Positions 1 through 12,900 of a stretch of DNA of 64,000 bases are shown piece after piece. A model generated the notes under the pieces. It ran no database searches and was not told the DNA's origin. It saw nothing but the letters and a program-made list of their open reading frames with translations. The first letter of the stretch is position 1, and every line of letters begins with the position of its first letter. Made by a program: the position numbers and the translations under genes. The stretch is from Eledone cirrhosa (Eukaryota), in the NCBI GenBank assembly GCA_964016885.1, contig OZ024743.1, positions 181,412,001 to 181,476,000 on the forward strand. The letters are read 5' to 3'.

Positions 1-147
1 CTTCTTACTTCTCTCGTGCTTTTCAACAAGTTTCAGCATACAGTCGTTAGTTGTTTCAAGGTATTTGGCCAGTCCAATGATGGTGGTCTTGTAAGCAAGT
101 TCAAATTGGATCAGGCCAAGGCCTCTTTGAGTTATAGGGAGGTAAAG
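1..147 (-). mobile_element. R4/Dong-type non-LTR retrotransposon fragment (RT thumb region), 5'-truncated, runs off the window start
   Basis: Hand translation of the minus strand gives LYLPITQRGLGLIQFELAYKTTIIGLAKYLETTNDCMLKLVEKHE, matching the LYxxRxxGGRGL motif of R4/Dong RTs. It abuts (TTA)n at 148-166. Confidence 0.7.
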
Positions 148-166
148 ATTATTATTATTATTATTA

Positions 167-1117
167 CAGTTGCATTTATCTTGCCTTATGTTCATACGAG
201 TTATCACCAAGTCACAACCTCAAGAGACAAGGTCCGTCATGTTCAAGAAAGAACACACATACACACACACATGCATCTTTAGGTGTTTAGACTTGTGATG
301 TACTTATATTGACAGAATCTTCCTTAGTACATGGGCAGTTCCCATTAGTACTATATTTTGTATTTCTCCTATACGCGGGTTTCCTGGGATTTGCGATAAG
401 TAATCATTATCCCCCTTAGTTATCATTCCTAGAGCGCCTACAACCACTGGTATTGTTTTAGTTGTCAATTTCCACATTTTTCCAATTTCTATCTCCAGGT
501 CCTTATACTTGCTCAATTTTTCAAATGTTTTTATAGATACATTCTTGTCTATTGGAACGGGTATATCAATTAGAAGGCATACCCTCTTTTTAAAGTGCTT
601 CAGTAATATATCAGGTCTATTTGCATCTATTTTTCGGTCTGTTTGGATGCTAAAGTTCCACAAGATTGAGATGTGATCTTTTTCAAGTACAGGAGGTGGT
701 TGATTCTCCCACCAATTCTTTTGATGGGACAGGTCAAAATGGTTACACATTATCCAATGTATGTATTGTGCAGCTCTGTCGTGCCTGTTTAGGTATTCGG
801 TTGGAGCTATAGGACTGCACATTGAAATTATATGATCAATGGTCTCTGGTTGTTTTTTACATACACGGCATAATGGGTTGCATCCATTTTTGATTATGTT
901 GGCTTGGTAATTTTTTGTTGGTAGACACTGATCTTGTGCTGATATAATTAGTCCTTCAGTCTCCGATTTCAGTCCAGAGGATGCCAACCACTGATGGGTT
1001 AAAGTTTTGTCAACATCAGGATTGTTAGTTCTTTCTGGGTATTTTCCAAACAGAGGCTTTTCTTGCCATTTCTTAGCCAGTTTCTGTAGCAGTTCTTTCT
1101 TTGCAGTTACTTTTACA

Positions 1118-1119
<2 letters not shown>
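167..1119 (-). mobile_element. R4/Dong-type non-LTR retrotransposon, 5'-truncated (zinc knuckle, restriction-like endonuclease, 3' UTR)
   Basis: ORF 304-987 contains CRVC..ETIDHIISMC (CCHC) and NRPDI..LIDI.VP..EK..KY.DL (PD-D/ExK RLE), ending PVVVGALG. Flanked on both sides by (TAA)n on the element strand (148-166, 1120-1166). Confidence 0.9.

Positions 1120-1166
<47 letters not shown>
1120..1166. repeat. (TTA)n microsatellite shared by a Dong element (minus) and Tx1 copy A (plus)
   Basis: Direct reading. Confidence 0.98.
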
Positions 1167-1380
1167 GGCGACCTACGTAGGAAATCGTATCATCGTGAGC
1201 TTCGCAAAGGTTTGTTGTTTTCGTTTGTTTAAAATTGCCATTTATCGAAAATTTTTGTTGTTAGCTATTTATAAAGTCACAAAATTTGCTTTCTAAAAGG
1301 GACACTCAAAAAGATTGGGGCCTTGAGCCCAAAATTTAAACTTTTATAATTATCAAACAAAAAATTTATTAGAAAAAATC

Positions 1381-3288
1381 ATGGACGACTCACAGCTACA
1401 CCAAGTAGCTGAGAGCCTTCCACACAAACTAACACCTCACACCAACACCACCATTATAAATATTACTACGATTGCCAACACTAAAAATATAAGCAGTAGC
1501 AATAATTTAAATTTGTCTCATGCAGACATTCATTTCCCACCATTACCAATGACTGCAGGCATTGAAGCCGCCACCCCCACCCCCACCACAGCGACAACAG
1601 AAACAAAAGAAAAAAATAAATTATCTCGTGACATCGAAATGGATTCACCCAGAATGGACTCTTCCACACAGAACACCACTGACGCCACCACCACCACAAC
1701 TGAAACTAAAAATAACAATAACAAAAGTAACAATAACAACAACAACAACAACAATGAGAATAACAACATCGTGTCTTTTGCCAAAGCAGCTAAAACATGC
1801 AAAACAATCCAGGTAACTCAGGAGGAATTAGATGAAGCCAAGAAATTGGTAAAGAAAGATGGGTACAGGGTCAGCCTCACCCCCTCCCCCTAATAAAATG
1901 GAGCATCGGCGCCTATGCACCGTGTCTTATCGGACGATTAACATAAAATCGCGCCGAGAGGAACGGGCAACCGAGTCCCAAATCCAAAAAGCTTTGGGAC
2001 ATGTGTGGGCAAAAAAAAACCACATCAGATGTGGGCAGAAATATGGAACCGTGGACGTGTTCTTTGGAACACCACAGGAGGCCAGAGAACACTCCATGGA
2101 CCCATTAAGAAGTGACGACTTCACACTCGTCCCAAGCTATTGTGGCCAGAGACTCGTGAAGATCAGGGTGACCCACGTTCCAACGGCTATCGAAATTCCC
2201 TGGCTAATGGCTGCCGTCCTCGCCGGCATCGAGGCCAACACCAAGATAATCGAAATAGCTAAAGAAAAGCAGGGGAACGGGTCCGGATCTGGGATGGAGC
2301 TCCTGATCCAAGCGGACCAAAAAAGGATTGAGGAGATCCCAGAGGTAATAGACCTCACTGACGGCAGCCACCTCACCGTAATCGTCGAGGGCAGAAGGCC
2401 TATGTGTGTCGTTTGTGGTGAAGGAACCCACCTAAGGGCTTTCTGCCCTCAGGCTAAAAGGTTGAGGCCACCTCTCTTACCCACCCCAGTGACTCAACCA
2501 TCAACACTACCAGCAGCAGAAATGGCAGCAACAATTGTAGCAGCAACAACAGAAGCAACTGTAACAGCAACAACCCCAGCAACAGTAACAAAACCAACAC
2601 CACCACCCAACGCGCCAGAACTAGCACCAGCGCCTACACCATCCACCACGCCACAACCAAAACCAACGCCTGTGGAGGATTTTCCACTCCCCGACCTATC
2701 GCAACTGTGGACAGATTGTGACGACGGGGAGTGGGAAACGGTATCAGGAAAAAATAAAAAAATAAAAAGAAGCCAAAAAAGAAAAAATCCTCTTCCTTCC
2801 CCCTCCAAAAACAAAATACAGAGGGAAACAAATAAACTATCAAACAAAAAAGTTAGGACAGCTATGCCACCATCCACACCAGCATCACCAACCCCATCAC
2901 CACAAACACCAACACCATCACCATCATTAACCCCAACACCACAATCACCAACACCACAAAAGTCACCAAAAAGCGAAACAGAAAAAAAAACACAACAAAC
3001 GCAAACAAAACAAAACAACCAAAACGATACACACTACACAGCATTAAATTTGAACAACAAACAATTATTACACTACATCCAACACAACACCAGCATCACA
3101 GAAAAAGACTACACAACAACCCAAAAGTTCACACCATACAAATCACTCGCACCACACAGAAAACATACACGACACTAGACTTCCGACAAACACTCTCCGG
3201 GAGGATTTATAAGGACATCCTTCCGGAGGAGGCTACAAGCAGTGAAAAGGATGGACAAACCACCCTTCCTCTACAAGAAGTAAGGTAA
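1381..3288 (+). pseudogene. Tx1 copy A ORF1 (Gag-like, CCHC zinc knuckle, Pro/Thr-rich), frameshifted
   Basis: ORFs 1381-1893 and 1859-3178 plus a terminal frame ending ...LPLQEVR* at 3286-3288; motif EGRRPMCVVCGEGTHLRAFC. Confidence 0.85.
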
Positions 3289-3322
3289 GTGGTCTTTCCC
3301 ATCTTTTCCACTCCATTTCAAC

Positions 3323-6300
3323 AAGACCTCACTCAGAATAGGTAGCAGATATGCCGGTGGCTTGGGGTCGTCATGGAAGCAGGGCCACCTGCTCAACGAC
3401 CTCAGGTCACTAAACATAGATGTAGTGGCCTTCAGCGAGACCAGAATCTCCCAAGCACGGGCCTTCGCACCGATCTTCGGCGGCTACGATGTGTACGCAT
3501 CTCCCAGCCGTCCTGGATCGGGGAGAGGAGTTGCTGTGCTTTTTCGGAGAGGTTTGGATCTCGCCATACGGGCCATCTTCCTGGACCCAGAAGGTAAGTT
3601 GGTGGTGCTGGACGTGACCAGCGGAGACGGGCAAGCTTTCAGGCTAGTGGCCGTCTATGCCCCGACAGGAGCAGGGCGGGATGATTTCTTCCGGCGTCTG
3701 GAGACCTTTCTTGGAACGTCCTGCTCTTTAGTGTTAGTGGGCGACTGGAACGGGATCTTAGATGCACGCTGGGACTGTGTGGGATTAGCGAATAGGGGAA
3801 GAGGGTGAAAGAGCCTCACCAACCTGCTCAGGCGTTTTGAACTGTCTGACCGGTACCGATTGGATTTCCCGAATGTGCCAATGTCGACTTGGACAAACCG
3901 CATAGGGTCATCCAGATCATATCTAGATAGAGTATTTTGTAGGGAAATAGATAGGTCTAGCATAGACTGTCCACAATTCAAGATAGTCAGCTACACGGAC
4001 CACAAATTCGTGATCTGTGTGCTTGACTTAGATAGGCTTCATAGACGAGGAACCGGCTACTGGAAGCTAAACGCGTCCTTACCAGCGCGCAAGGCCTACA
4101 GAGACCGGATTAGCGAACTAGTTAAGCGGGCGTTGACGGGGGCCATCGTCAACAACAAGTGGTGGTTTGCTCTGAAAAGAGCGATTAGAATAGAGTTCAT
4201 TAGGTTTAGTAAGGCTTTAGCAATAGAGAAAAATAGAGCAGAGGGGAAACTAGTTAGAAATTTAGACGAGGCGCTTAGCAAAGGCATCGCGACCGACGTA
4301 CTTGCGGCGAAATTGGCCCTTGACCAATTCTTCAATGCAAAGCACGAAGGTTGCGTTGTCAGAGCTAGGGTGCGTGCTCTCAGACACGAGGGAACGAAAG
4401 CCGTTCAATGGGCCCGAGTGGCGGAGGCGCGTCGTGGCAACAAAGTCACGATCCGGTCTTTGGTGGACCACGACGGGTGCATGCTACTCGATCCCAGGCA
4501 AATGTGTGAAGCTTTTCAGCGACACTTCGCACAGCTGTTCGGGAGCAGCGGCGGGCCAGATCGAGGGATGGACTTTAGTGTCTACCTCGACGGACTGCCG
4601 CGGCTCTCGGCCACTGAGGTGGAGTGTTGCGAAAAGCCGATAACAGCCACTGAAGTACGGGAGGCAATGACTGGCTGCACAAGGGGTAAATCGCCTGGTT
4701 TGGATGGTCTGCCCTATGAACTTTACGTACAGATGCCAGACTTGTTCGGAGGCCTCTTGGTGTGATCTCTACTGCAACTGGCAACAGAACGGAAGAAATC
4801 CCAGCTCTGTGAGCCGAGTAGCTGTGGCGCTGCTGAGAAAGGATCCGAACAAGGGGGATAACGTAGATAATTTCAGGCCCATAACTCTGCTAAACACAGA
4901 GTTCAAGATTTTGGCCAAGGTGCTAGCAAAGAGGTTGGCGCTTTTCGTTGGTGGTCTGGTGGGAGAGGCGCAGACATGCGCCATTCCCGACAGATCCATC
5001 CACGACAGCCTCCACCTCATGCGATACATCGTGAAGAGGGTAGCTAAGGAACCTGGCACGGGTGAGTCCTTGATCAATTTAGATAGGTCGAAAGCTTTCG
5101 ATAGGGTCGACCATCGTTACCTAGCGGCAGTCCTGAGGGCGGCTGGCTTTGGGCCCGTCTTCAGAGGCTGGATCGCTGCCATGCACAGCGACATCAGCTC
5201 TGTGGTGAGAGTGAACGGTCACCTTTCGGAACCGTTCAACTTCATATGCTCGGTCCGCCAAGGATGTCCCCTCTCGTCCCTCTTGTACGTATTGACTCTC
5301 GAGCCATAACTGCACAAACTAGAGACGTTGAGGAGGATCCCGCGCGAACTAGGATGCGGAAGATCCGTATCAGCATATGCGGACGATGTCACCGTAGTGG
5401 TGTCGAACGCCAAACACATCGAGGCGATCGGCACTACACTAAGAGAATAAGAAGCGGTGAGAGGAGCAATGATCAACCAGGAAAAGTCAGTAGGCCTGCA
5501 GCTCGGCACCTGGAGAGGCAGGTCCATGCCGTCCAACAGCGTCGTCGGGCGGTGGACGGACGGACCGGTTAAATTGCTAGGGGTCTGGTTCGGTCCGGAC
5601 CTCCAGACGGACAAAAACTGGGACGAGGTGACGAGCAGGGTGGCTTCTCTCACCCAGAAATGGGCGGAGAGGAAGCTATCCCTGAAAGGTCGAGCGGAGG
5701 TGGCTAATGCGTACATCGCGTCCGTCATCTACTACCGCCTGACCGTCGTACCTTGTCCTAAGCCCCGCCTGACTGCGCTGGAGCGTTTGCTCTTTCGCTT
5801 TTTGTGGAAAGGATGCGCTCCGATGGTCAGGCGGTCTATCTGCTGTCAACACCCGCTACGTGGAGGGCTGAGCAAGCCGTGGCTGATGATGCGCAGACAC
5901 GCGCTCAGGCTACGACATCTCCACCTCTTCCTCGATGGTGATCAGGTGTGGTCGCCGTTTGCTAGACACGTCTTTCCCCAGCTCGTCTCCTTGGCGGGGC
6001 TGCAGTCCTGGGTCAAGCGAAGACCGAGAGGGAGCGTTTGGAGACTGGAATGCCTTCAGGCGCTCCTCACAGCCCTCAACCAATCGGGCAATGTGATCGG
6101 TGGAAACTCCAACTTGGCGTTCTATAGAGGATTAGTGGAGGGGAAGAACGACGACGTACTTGGAGAAACTCTAGCCGTCGATGAAAATCAACTAGCCAAT
6201 CTCTTCGGAAGGACTTTCGGGCCGGGGCCTATGGACAACTTCCAGAAATCCCTGGCCTGGCAGTGCTACCGAGGAGCCTTGCCAGTTCGGGATAAACTCT

Positions 6301-6746
6301 ACAGGCATGGAGGTGCCGTCAGCCGGGCATGTCCGAGATGCCCGCAGGGCGACGAAACCGTTCTGCACGCACTCGTCCAGTGTCCGAGCATTGCTGACTT
6401 GTGGGTTTATGTCGAACACCTGCTGTTACGTGTAGGACGGATCCAGCTATCAGCTGAGTCCATCGTGAGGATTGCCCCGCCCTCTTCCTTTAGCCGGGAA
6501 GGGCAGGCAGTTTTTATCTGTCTGGTGGCCATGGCGAAAGAGATAGTATGGTGGACACGTTTGAAAGGGCTGAAGACGAGCACTTACTTCTTCGGTGATG
6601 CCCTGATTAACTTTTTCAAATTTCATTTGAAAAGGAAAATCAGGGTAGAGAGGGAAGTTCTCTCTTCCCAGCATTTTGTTGAAAGATGGATGAGAGAAGC
6701 AAGTATGGCCCGAGTGAATGGGCCTACTCTGAGTATGTGTCTGTAA
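3323..6746 (+). pseudogene. Tx1 copy A ORF2 (APE endonuclease-RT-CCHC), inactivated
   Basis: Start codon appears mutated to AAG at 3323 (caacAAGacc vs caacATGgcc in copy C). Motifs FSET, GDWN, SYLDR, TDH, KSPGLDG, FRPITLLN, QGCPLS, AYADD, CPRC..ETVLHALVQC. Several stops and frameshifts. Confidence 0.92.
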
Positions 6747-6991
6747 ATTAAAGGTGGAAAACTGGGAGAGGACACTTGCCCTGGTGGTCAGGGTCACTGT
6801 GGCCTTTTAATGGGCTTTCTCCACAAATGTCCCTCGGAAGTCTCCCCCCTATTGAGGAATTTTTCATTGTTATTTTTTATTATATCCTCTGTTTTTTTTA
6901 CACGCAGAAATGCCCATTTGTACCGTCCTGTATTCTCCTGTACTGTCCTTAATGTCTACTTTATGTAAACCCTTGTGGTTAATAAAGAAAG

Positions 6992-7037
<46 letters not shown>

Positions 7038-8267
7038 GTGGAAGGGATGCGCTCCCATGGTCAGACGATCCATCTGCTGTCAACACCCGTTGCGTGGAGG
7101 ACTGGGCATGCCATGGCTTATGATGCGCAAACATGCGCTGAGGCTGCGACATCTCTGGTGCTTCCTTGACGGTGAACAGGTTTGGTCGCCGTTCGCCAGG
7201 CACGTTTTCCCACAGATCGTCTCCTTGACGGAGCTGCAGTCCTGGGTCAGGAAAAGACCTAGGGATAGCGCTTGGAAACTGGAATGTCTCCAGACGCTCT
7301 TGCCGCTCTGCCAGCTGGACACCAGTAGCGGTGGAACATCCACTTCGGCGTTCTATAGAGGACTAGTGGAGGGGAAGAGCGACGACGTTCTCGGAGAGAT
7401 CCTGGGCGTCGAAGAAGATCAGCTGTTTGCTCTCCTCCGGATAACTTTCAGCCCAGGGCCTATGGATAACTTCCAAAAATCCCTGGCCTGGCAGTGCTAC
7501 CGGGGAGCATTGCCGGTGCGAGATAAGCTATACAGGCACGGAAGTGCCGTCAGCCGAGCCTGTCCGAGATGCGCGCAGAGCGACGAAACCGTCGTGCACG
7601 CACTTGTTCAGTGCCCGAGCATTGCTGACTTGTGGAGCTATGTCGAACAGTTGCTGTCGCGTGTAGGACTGATCCGGTTATCGACTGAGTCCATTGTGCA
7701 GATGGTCTCGCCGTCTTCCTTCGAGGAGGAAGGGCAGGCGGTTTTCATCTGCCTGGTGGCCATGGCGAAAGAGATTGTGTGGTGGACAAGGTTGAAAGAG
7801 TTAAAGACAGACACTTTCCTCTTCGGCGAATCCCTAATTAACTTTTTCAAGTTTCACTTGAAGAGGAAAATCAGGGTGTTGAGGCAAGTGCTGTCTTCTA
7901 GCAAATTTGTTGAAAGGTGGGTGAATGTAGCGAAAATGGTCCGAGTGAACGGGACCGCTCTGAATATATGCTTGTAGTTTGAAGAATGGGGAAACAATTG
8001 AGAGAGGGCGCTTGCCCTGGTGGTCAGGGTGGCCGTGGTCTTTTGTGTGGTTTTCGCCACGAGTATCCCGCGGAGGCTCCCCTCCTCCCATTGGGGAATT
8101 TTTCATTGTTTCAATTTTCATTTTTATTATTTATATATATATTTCTGTCTTTTTTTCTTTTTCGTTTCTTATATAAATAATAAAAAACCTTTAACGCACA
8201 AAACCCACATCGTATCGTCCTGTGCCGTCTGTAATGTTTTTCTTGATGTCAGCCTTTGTGGCCAATT
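7038..8267 (+). mobile_element. 5'-truncated Tx1 copy A' in tandem behind copy A
   Basis: ORF2 C-terminus from WKGCAPMVRR to the stop at 7977, homologous 3' UTR, short (ATC)n tail at 8268-8278. Confidence 0.9.
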
Positions 8268-8461
8268 ATCATCATCATACTCTGCAATTGCGTCTTCCAA
8301 TTCACTGAGTAAAATTGTATTCTTAGGTTTACAATACTAATGGAACATAAGAAATGGCTTGGATTACAAAATATTTCCATTTCATCTCATAAACCAGGTG
8401 ATTTGCATTGAGTGCTGGATTGAGTTTGCCAACAGATTATTTTAAATCTTCAAATGCTAAC

Positions 8462-8463
<2 letters not shown>

Positions 8464-8542
<79 letters not shown>

Positions 8543-8545
8543 ACA
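8464..8545. repeat. (TA)n/(TG)n microsatellite
   Basis: Direct reading. Confidence 0.95.
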
Positions 8546-8700
8546 AATACATATATGTTTGTAAATACATATACACATATATGCATATACATGCATTTAT
8601 ATATATATAAATATATAAATATAATTTTTATTCTTCCCTTTGGCTTGACAAGTTGGTTAACAAGAGTTTAAAATCAAAAGTAATGGAAGAGACGAGAATA

Positions 8701-8787
<87 letters not shown>

Positions 8788-8788
8788 T

Positions 8789-9679
8789 GTTTCTTTATTT
8801 GCCACAAGGGCGCAAAAAGATGGGGACAAATACAGAGTGGGGAGTTTACATACATGCGTGTAAAAATATAGAATTAATAAAAATAACAAATAACAAATAA
8901 CAATTAACTATTGAAATCCCCAATAGGGAGAGGCGTTACACATGGGTTGTACACTTCCCGAAAAAATGTACAACCCTCATCTCCAAGAGCACCAAGAGTG
9001 AGAGCTCCTTTCCTCTCTTCCTCTTTTTTCTCAACCTACAGGTTTATATAAAGAGAAGGCCCAACCACTCGGGCCATCCTTGCCACATTCACCCACCTTT
9101 CGTAAAATTTGCTGGGGTGCAGCACCTCTCTCTCCACTCTGATTCTTCTTCTAAAATGATATTTGAAGAAGCGAACCAGTTGTTCGCCGAAGAAAAAGGT
9201 GTCTGACCTCAGCCCTTTCAGTCTCGTCCACGATATAGCCTCTTTCACCATAGCCATTACACAGAGAAAAACCGCCTCTCCTTCATTTTTAAAGGAAGGT
9301 GGCGGTTTGATCGCAATAATGGACTCGGTGGTCAACCGGATTTGTTCCACCCGTGACAGTAGTCGTTCTGCATAGCCCCACAGGTCGGTAACGCCCGGGC
9401 AGTGTACGAATGCGTGCGCGACGGTTTCCTCGTCCCGCACGCATCTCGGACAGATCTTTTTCGAGGGATCCCTGCCCGGGCGCCCGTGTCTGCAGAGCTT
9501 GTGTCGAACGGGTAGAGCTCCTCGGTAGCACTCCCAGGCCAGGGACTTTTGGAAGTTGTCCATCGGTCCCGGGCGGAATGTCCTACCGAACAGACTGGCC
9601 AGTTCGTCTTCCTCTACGCCTAGAGTTTCTCCGAGAGTGTCGTCGCACTTGCTGCGGACTAACCCTTTATAGAATGACG
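8789..9679 (-). mobile_element. 5'-truncated Tx1 copy B' between (AGAT)n tracts
   Basis: ORF 9036-9563 MDNFQKSLAWECYRGALPVR..CPRC; AATAAA-ended 3' UTR; (AGAT)n at 8700-8786 and 9680-9781. Confidence 0.9.
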
Positions 9680-9699
9680 AGATAGATAGATAGATAGAT

Positions 9700-9781
<82 letters not shown>

Positions 9782-9995
9782 TTCTTTATTTACCATAAAG
9801 GCATAAAAAGAAGGGACAAATACAAAGAAGGAGTTTATATACAATCGAGTAAAAAGGGTATAACATGAAAATAATCGAAAATAACCTCAAAAGGGAGGGG
9901 ACGTGATGGGGGTTGCCCACACCCCCGAAAAAGTGTGCAATCCTTTGCCCGGGGAGCACATGGAGAAGGTGCTCCCCACTCCTTTACTTCTTTAC

Positions 9996-12900
9996 CTACA
10001 GGATGGTATACAGAGAAGGCCCATTTACACGAGCCATTCTCGCCACTATCACCCACCTTTCATAAAACTGCCTGTGGCCAAGCACCTCTCTCTCCATTCT
10101 TATCCTTCTTCCGAAGTGATATCGGAAGAAGTAGACCAGACTATGGCCAGAGAGGAAGTTGCCTGACCTCAGACCTTTCAATCGTGTCCACCAAACAACC
10201 TCTTTCAACATGGCTATTACGCACAGAAAAACCGCCTTTGCTTCCTTTGTGAAGAGGGGAGGCGGTTTGATTGTCATCACGGACTCGGCGGTCAATTGAA
10301 TCGGCGCCACCCGCGACAGCAGTCGTTCGGCGTAGCCCCACAGATCAGCCACGCCCGGACATTGCACCAATGCGTGCGCAACGGTTTCTTCGTGACGCAC
10401 GCATCTAGGGCAAATCTTTTTTGAGGAATCCCTGCCCGGGCGCCCGTGTCTGTAGAGCCTCTCTCGAACGGGTAGAGCCCCTCGGTAGCACTGCCAGGCC
10501 AGTGACTTCTGGAAGTTGTCCATTGGTCCTGGGCCGAAAGTCCTACCGAACAGGCTGGCCAGTTCGTCTTCCTCCATGTCCAGCGACTCTCCAAGGGTGT
10601 CATCGCCCCTGCTAGCCACCAGCCCTCTATAGAATGATGAGGTAGATTCTCCACCGATGGCCTGGCCCGCTTGCCAGAGAGCCCTGAGCGCCTGAGCACA
10701 CTCAGTGTGCCAGTCTCCCAGTTTTCCGGATCTTTGCTTGACCCAGGACTGTAGCTCGGTGAGCGAGACGAGTCTCGGAAAGGCTCGTTTCACGAACGGA
10801 GCTCACACCGGTTGACCAGTGAGGAATACCTGTAGGTGCCGTAGCCTTAATGCATGCCTACGCATCATCAACCACGGCATCCCCAGCCCTCCTTTCGAAG
10901 GTTGTTGGCAGCAGATGGATCTTCTCACCATAGGAGGGCGCTTCTTCCAAAGAAATTGGAAGAGCATGCGTTCCATGGTGGTGAGTGTTTCCTTAGGGCA
11001 AGGCACGACAGTCAGGCGGTAGTAAGTGACGGACGCTATGTAAATGTTCGCCACCTCCGCCCGGCCTTTTAGGGACAGCTTACACTTGGCCCATTTCTGG
11101 GTTAGTGCAAACACCTTGTTCGTAACCTCGTTCCAGTTCTTTTCCACCTGGAGGTCCGGTCCAAACCAGACCCCAAGCAACTTTACCGGGCCCTCCGTCC
11201 AGTGTCCGACGACACCGTCGGGAGGCATCGGTCTGCCTCTCCACGTTCCGAGTTGCAGCCCGATGGATTTTTCCCGGTTCAGTTTCGCTCCTGACAACCT
11301 TTCGTAATCCTCCAGTAAGGTACCGATCGCCTCGATCTCCGAGTCGGTCGATACCATTACTGTTACGTCATCGGCGTAGGCCGACACCGCTTTGCTCAAT
11401 CCTGGTTCCAGGGGGATACCCTGCAACAACTCCAACTTCCTCAGTAAAGGCTCGAGAGTCAATACGTACAGAAGGGAGGAGAGAGGGCACCCCTGTCGAA
11501 TGGATCGTGTGATTTCGAACGGCTTCGAAAGGTAGCCGTTCACCTTGATCCTAGAACAGATGTGGTTGCTATGTAAGGCAGTGATCCAGCCTCTGAAAAC
11601 AGGACCGAACCCAGCCGCCGCTAGCACCGCATCCAGGTAACCGTGGTCGACCCTATCGAAGGCCTTAGACTGATCCAAGTTGATCAGGGCCCCACCGAAG
11701 CCGGGTTTGTTGCCAACCCTCTCTATGATGTATCGCATGAGGTGGAGGTTATCGTGAATGGATCTGGATGGGATAGCACATGTCTGCGCATCTCCCACCA
11801 GGCCACCCACGACAAGCGCCAACCTCTTTGCTAACACCTTGGCCAAAATCTTTAACTCTGTGTTTAGCAGGGTTATGGGCCGAAAATTATTTATACTATC
11901 TCCGTTGTTCTCGTCTTTCCTCACCAGCGTGACTACGCCCTTGGCTACAGAACAAGGAATTCTCCCGTTCTGCTGCCAATTGCAGTAGACCGCTTCGAGG
12001 AGTTCGGAGAAGAAGACCGGCATCGAGACCTGGAGATTTGCGTCTGCTGCATTGGCTCAGCGCATCTCCGATCTCATCAGCCGAGATTGGTCCCTCGCAG
12101 GACTCTGCCTCTTCGCTCGAGAGACGCGATAGGCCGTCGAGGTATGGACCGAAATCCACGTCCCCGCCCGGACCCTCGCCTCCCCCGAACAATCGGGCAA
12201 AGTGCCTTTGAAAGGCCTCGCACATCTGCTTAGGCTCCCGGATCACCCGTCCATCTTCGTCTTGCAACGACCGGATGGTGGATCGATTTCCACTCTTAGC
12301 TCCTGTCACGCGGGCCCAGCCAACGGCTTTGGCCCCCTCATTACCTAGAGCACGTATTTTACTTCGAATGACGCAGCCTTCGTGCTTTGCATCGAAAAAC
12401 TGGTTCAAGGCCGTCCTCAATGCCAGCACTCTGGCCACATCTTCGCTCTTGATTGCCTCTTCTAATTTACCTGTTAATTCTTTCTCGTTTCTATTCCTAT
12501 CGGCAGCTAACATCTTGCTATAACTTATTGATTCTGTTCTAATCTCTCTTTTGAGAGATGCCCACCATCGGTTGTTGACGATTGCACCCGTCAACCTCTC
12601 CTTAACTAATCTGCTAATCCGGTTTCTGTAAGTCTCTTTTGCCGGTAAAGACAAATTAAGTTTCCAGTAACCGGGACCCTGTTTATGTGTTTTCTCGAGA
12701 TTGACTACGCAGGTCACTAATTTGTGATCCGTGTAGCCAACCGTGCGCATTTCTGGACAGCTTAATATGTCCCTATCCTTACTTCTAACTAAGAATCTAT
12801 CTAAGTACGATCTAGATTGACCACTGTGGTTTCTTCAAGTCCAGGTAGGCACAGTTGGAAAATCTAGTCGATATCTATCGACCAAGTTAAAACGGTCGAG

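Larger units (their letters stand above)
1167..6992 (+). mobile_element. Full-length decayed Tx1-clade (L1 group) non-LTR retrotransposon, copy A, in (ATT)n
   Basis: 5' UTR, ORF1, ORF2 (APE endonuclease, RT, CCHC), 3' UTR with AATAAA at 6981-6986, then (ATT)n at 6993-7037. Confidence 0.93.

Noticed and set aside
1859-1893. Programmed ribosomal frameshift in ORF1
   Set aside because: It sits in a C homopolymer in a copy with many other lesions and is not clearly shared by the other copies.
6871-6907. Strong acceptor-like tract in copy A's 3' UTR as the general partner of the ORF1 donor
   Set aside because: The AG is not conserved in copies A', B, B' or C.
6910-7037. Signal-peptide-like poly-Leu N-terminus on the 355-aa ORF
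   Set aside because: Chance read-through from copy A's 3' UTR across (TTA)n into truncated copy A'.
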